From Deltaproteobacteria bacterium (GTDB lineage: Bacteria; UBA10199; SPLOWO2-01-44-7), in assembly GCA_016213065.1 (NCBI GenBank), contig JACRBV010000119.1, positions 1 to 41,899 of the forward strand: a stretch of DNA of 41,899 nt. Direction: 5' to 3'. The position numbers were made by a program, and so were the translations under genes. The notes under the pieces were generated by a model, which was not told the DNA's origin, did no database searches, and saw only the letters and a program-made list of their open reading frames with translations. Shown here piece by piece: positions 40,901 to 41,899 of the stretch; position 1 is the first letter of the stretch; each line of letters starts with the position of its first letter.

Positions 40901-41899
40901 AGCCGGTTACATTTGTCCAGTCAATCGTATCTGTTTTTGTTTTGATCCCCGTGATCTGGTCCCAGTTAATGGTATCTGTTTTTGTTTTAATCGCCGAAAC
41001 ATTCGTCCAGTCAATGGGGTCTGTCTTGGCTTGAATCGTGTTGGTGGTTGTTACAAGGCCCGTCACGTCCGCCCAGTTGATACTCGCGGTCTTCGTGTTG
41101 ATCGCAGAAATGTTGCCGGTGCCGATTTCCGTAATGAGTGTGGCAACATTATTTTTCGCCGTCGTTACATCCGTCCAGTTGATCGTATCTGTTTTTGCCT
41201 TGACGCCTGTCACGTCCGCCCAGTTGATCGTATCGGTTTTCGTTTTAATCGCGGCCACATTCGTCCAGTCTATCGTGTCAGTCTTTGCTTTAATCGCACC
41301 GGAAGTTGTCACCAGTCCCGTCACGTCGGCCCACGCGATGGTGTCCGTCTTTGTCTTAATCGCCGCAATGTCTCCGGTTTGTGTGAGAACCGTCGCAACA
41401 TCATTCTTGGCCGTCGTTACATCCGTCCAGTTAATTGTATCGGTCTTTGCTTTGACGCCTGTTACATCGGCCCATGCAATCGTATCGGTCTTCGTTTTGA
41501 TGCCGGTCACATTTGTCCAGTCTATCGTGTCGGTCTTTGCCTGAATTGCTCCCGTCGCTGTGACAATTCCCGTCACGTCCGCCCACGCGATGGTGTCGGT
41601 CTTTGTTTTGACTGCCGCAATGTCTCCGGTTTGAGTGAGAATCGTCGCAACATTATTCTTGGCTGTCGTCACATCCGTCCAGTTAATTGTGTCCGTCTTG
41701 GTTTTGATGCCGCTTACATCCGCCCATGCAATCGTATCGGTCTTTGTTTTGATGCCGGTCACATTTGTCCAATCAATCGTATCCGTCTTCGCCTGAATCG
41801 CTCCCGCGCTTGTCACAAGGCCCGTCACATCCGCCCAGTTGATACTCGCAGTCTTCGTGTTGATCGCGGCAATGTTGCCTGTGCCGATTTCCGTAATCA
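37995..41899 (-). CDS. Giant repeat-rich surface protein, C-terminal 1300 aa (5' end beyond the right edge), C-terminal TM anchor
   Basis: The frame stays open to 41899; sequence upstream of the track Met continues the repeats (...ITEIGTGNIAAINTKTASINWADVTG). It contains 15-aa KTDTI-W repeats, S/T/A-rich low complexity, two ~170-190-aa duplicated modules and Gly-rich linkers. A C-terminal TM follows (WRIIFVIVGFLGVISFLFFVLWW), then a short basic tail. Confidence 0.8.
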   Translation of the reverse strand, partial: ITEIGTGNIAAINTKTASINWADVTGLVTSAGAIQAKTDTIDWTNVTGIKTKTDTIAWADVSGIKTKTDTINWTDVTTAKNNVATILTQTGDIAAVKTKTDTIAWADVTGIVTATGAIQAKTDTIDWTNVTGIKTKTDTIAWADVTGVKAKTDTINWTDVTTAKNDVATVLTQTGDIAAIKTKTDTIAWADVTGLVTTSGAIKAKTDTIDWTNVAAIKTKTDTINWADVTGVKAKTDTINWTDVTTAKNNVATLITEIGTGNISAINTKTASINWADVTGLVTTTNTIQAKTDPIDWTNVSAIKTKTDTINWDQITGIKTKTDTIDWTNVTGLVNEIGTGNIAAIKTKTQSINWADVTDIVTKAGTIQQKTDPINWADVATIKTKTGTIDWNSITGIKMKTDMIDWSEVGMATADLANLRGMMGSPEDPAYSNTVFGLVKDVKNKWGTKTADELFTQTMGAYDKVTELQEKFGYEEGAAGGGSMYEDLRLLKDYVDQVGTKVTTVRSELGTMGTELGTKVTTVGTELGTKVTTVGTEVGGVSGDVVGSLNYKLDTLLRGMLSVNTNVNTLDTSLDSLTTTVGTVNTAASTLSTNLSSAKTNIDSILTKINSGLSVDTGTINTALSSVTSLLGGASDSSSSSSVFGKIAGVSGSLTTIGKDATNASTYASNASSTASRAASAAEEAKAALTTTGSSSDATKSALTSLSDKLGKVQSDVTKIASGVSTDSLKTGLTEAMAKVGEMAASQGHPGMEKLAQPATAADVKSLQDQIERVKAMLDVLTTMAKQQKGFEAPVVKTWYESGSVLLKVLIVNPSKEESFTVPVRIPLPKEATRESVMDAGDLKVGFNAEKGIYEAYGETTLKPAEEKVLQVRLQDIWRIPDGEITFQKGYASELVKLLKDNWKYSEAAKKLGETIQTRLDNILTSQDEDVGPAKHIEVHRKNLLVFQEIKKDTAFLEKLAGEGMGFKKGGGAGGGSGEGPGGPGGPSGFPGKNAGEGAEGDMGRWVEGATLGLGETSEGQEGSGTTEVEKVTLKVEVKNPSQTEATRIAVKHYLPKEVLEKDVLDRGLLEVLHDLEQGRLYLYKDAVDLKPADIKIFEVILRDIWRLPEGVLLGIQERAKALAKALDGTTFSEEANLLSKEIVEGVSGLRQNQGKESGLGEHVEIFHQSLSFLETIKNRIDKLEKMAGLITVAPGVQAKDLGLGKVAYVAAGRGGAGGSAGGSVGVGGGSGEGPGGPKGSEALKMVAESIFAGGAPATSTTWRIIFVIVGFLGVISFLFFVLWWAQVRAEKSVKVEEIK

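Noticed and set aside
40633-41544. Plus-strand ORFs with repeated SVFVLI motifs that look like multi-TM proteins
   Set aside because: These are antisense translations of the 45-nt tandem repeats of the giant minus-strand gene. Their periodicity simply mirrors it.

Overview
A 41.9-kb window, almost entirely minus-strand. No rRNA, tRNA or CRISPR array was seen, and the taxon cannot be assigned from sequence alone; gene content suggests an uncultivated lineage. (1) 1-1.15 kb: a truncated M20 peptidase and a RelE/Phd toxin-antitoxin pair. (2) 1.15-12.2 kb: a Tad/Flp pilus operon with two flp pilins, TadE/TadG-like proteins, cpaB, the cpaC secretin, a TadZ-CpaF fusion ATPase, tadB, tadC and unknown secreted/membrane proteins. 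No prepilin peptidase is present. (3) 12.3-14.7 kb: a plus-strand islet holding an AT-rich DUF4143 AAA ATPase gene and a hypothetical gene. (4) 14.85-36.6 kb: one unbroken minus-strand gene string. In it a T2SS/T4P-like machine is interleaved, and at several junctions translationally coupled, with an atypical F-type ATPase gene set. The secretion genes are gspE-F-G, minor pseudopilins, gspK, a PilM-PilN fusion, a PilO-like gene, a lipoprotein and an MltD-like transglycosylase, plus a separate ExeA-like ATPase, a GspC/PilP-like protein, a PilQ/GspD secretin and lipoproteins. The ATPase genes are two alpha paralogues, a short epsilon, c, a b-delta fusion, gamma and beta, with no a subunit; a DUF1016 nuclease gene is inserted among them. 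This is my top candidate for an undescribed system. (5) 36.6-41.9 kb: an AlbA_2/HATPase_c_4 putative regulator and the 3' 3.9 kb of a giant, C-terminally anchored repeat protein. Several repeat families overlie all of this. Short-period (7-8 nt) tandem repeats occur as inverted arms forming long hairpins. Two of these enclose four-helix-bundle (23S-rRNA-IVS/Avd family) genes inside the tad operon, and others are cargo-free or overlap signal-peptide coding sequence. A roughly 145-165-bp MITE-like family shows clear target-site duplications at gene junctions. All calls rest on reading the sequence and recalled family motifs; no searches were run.
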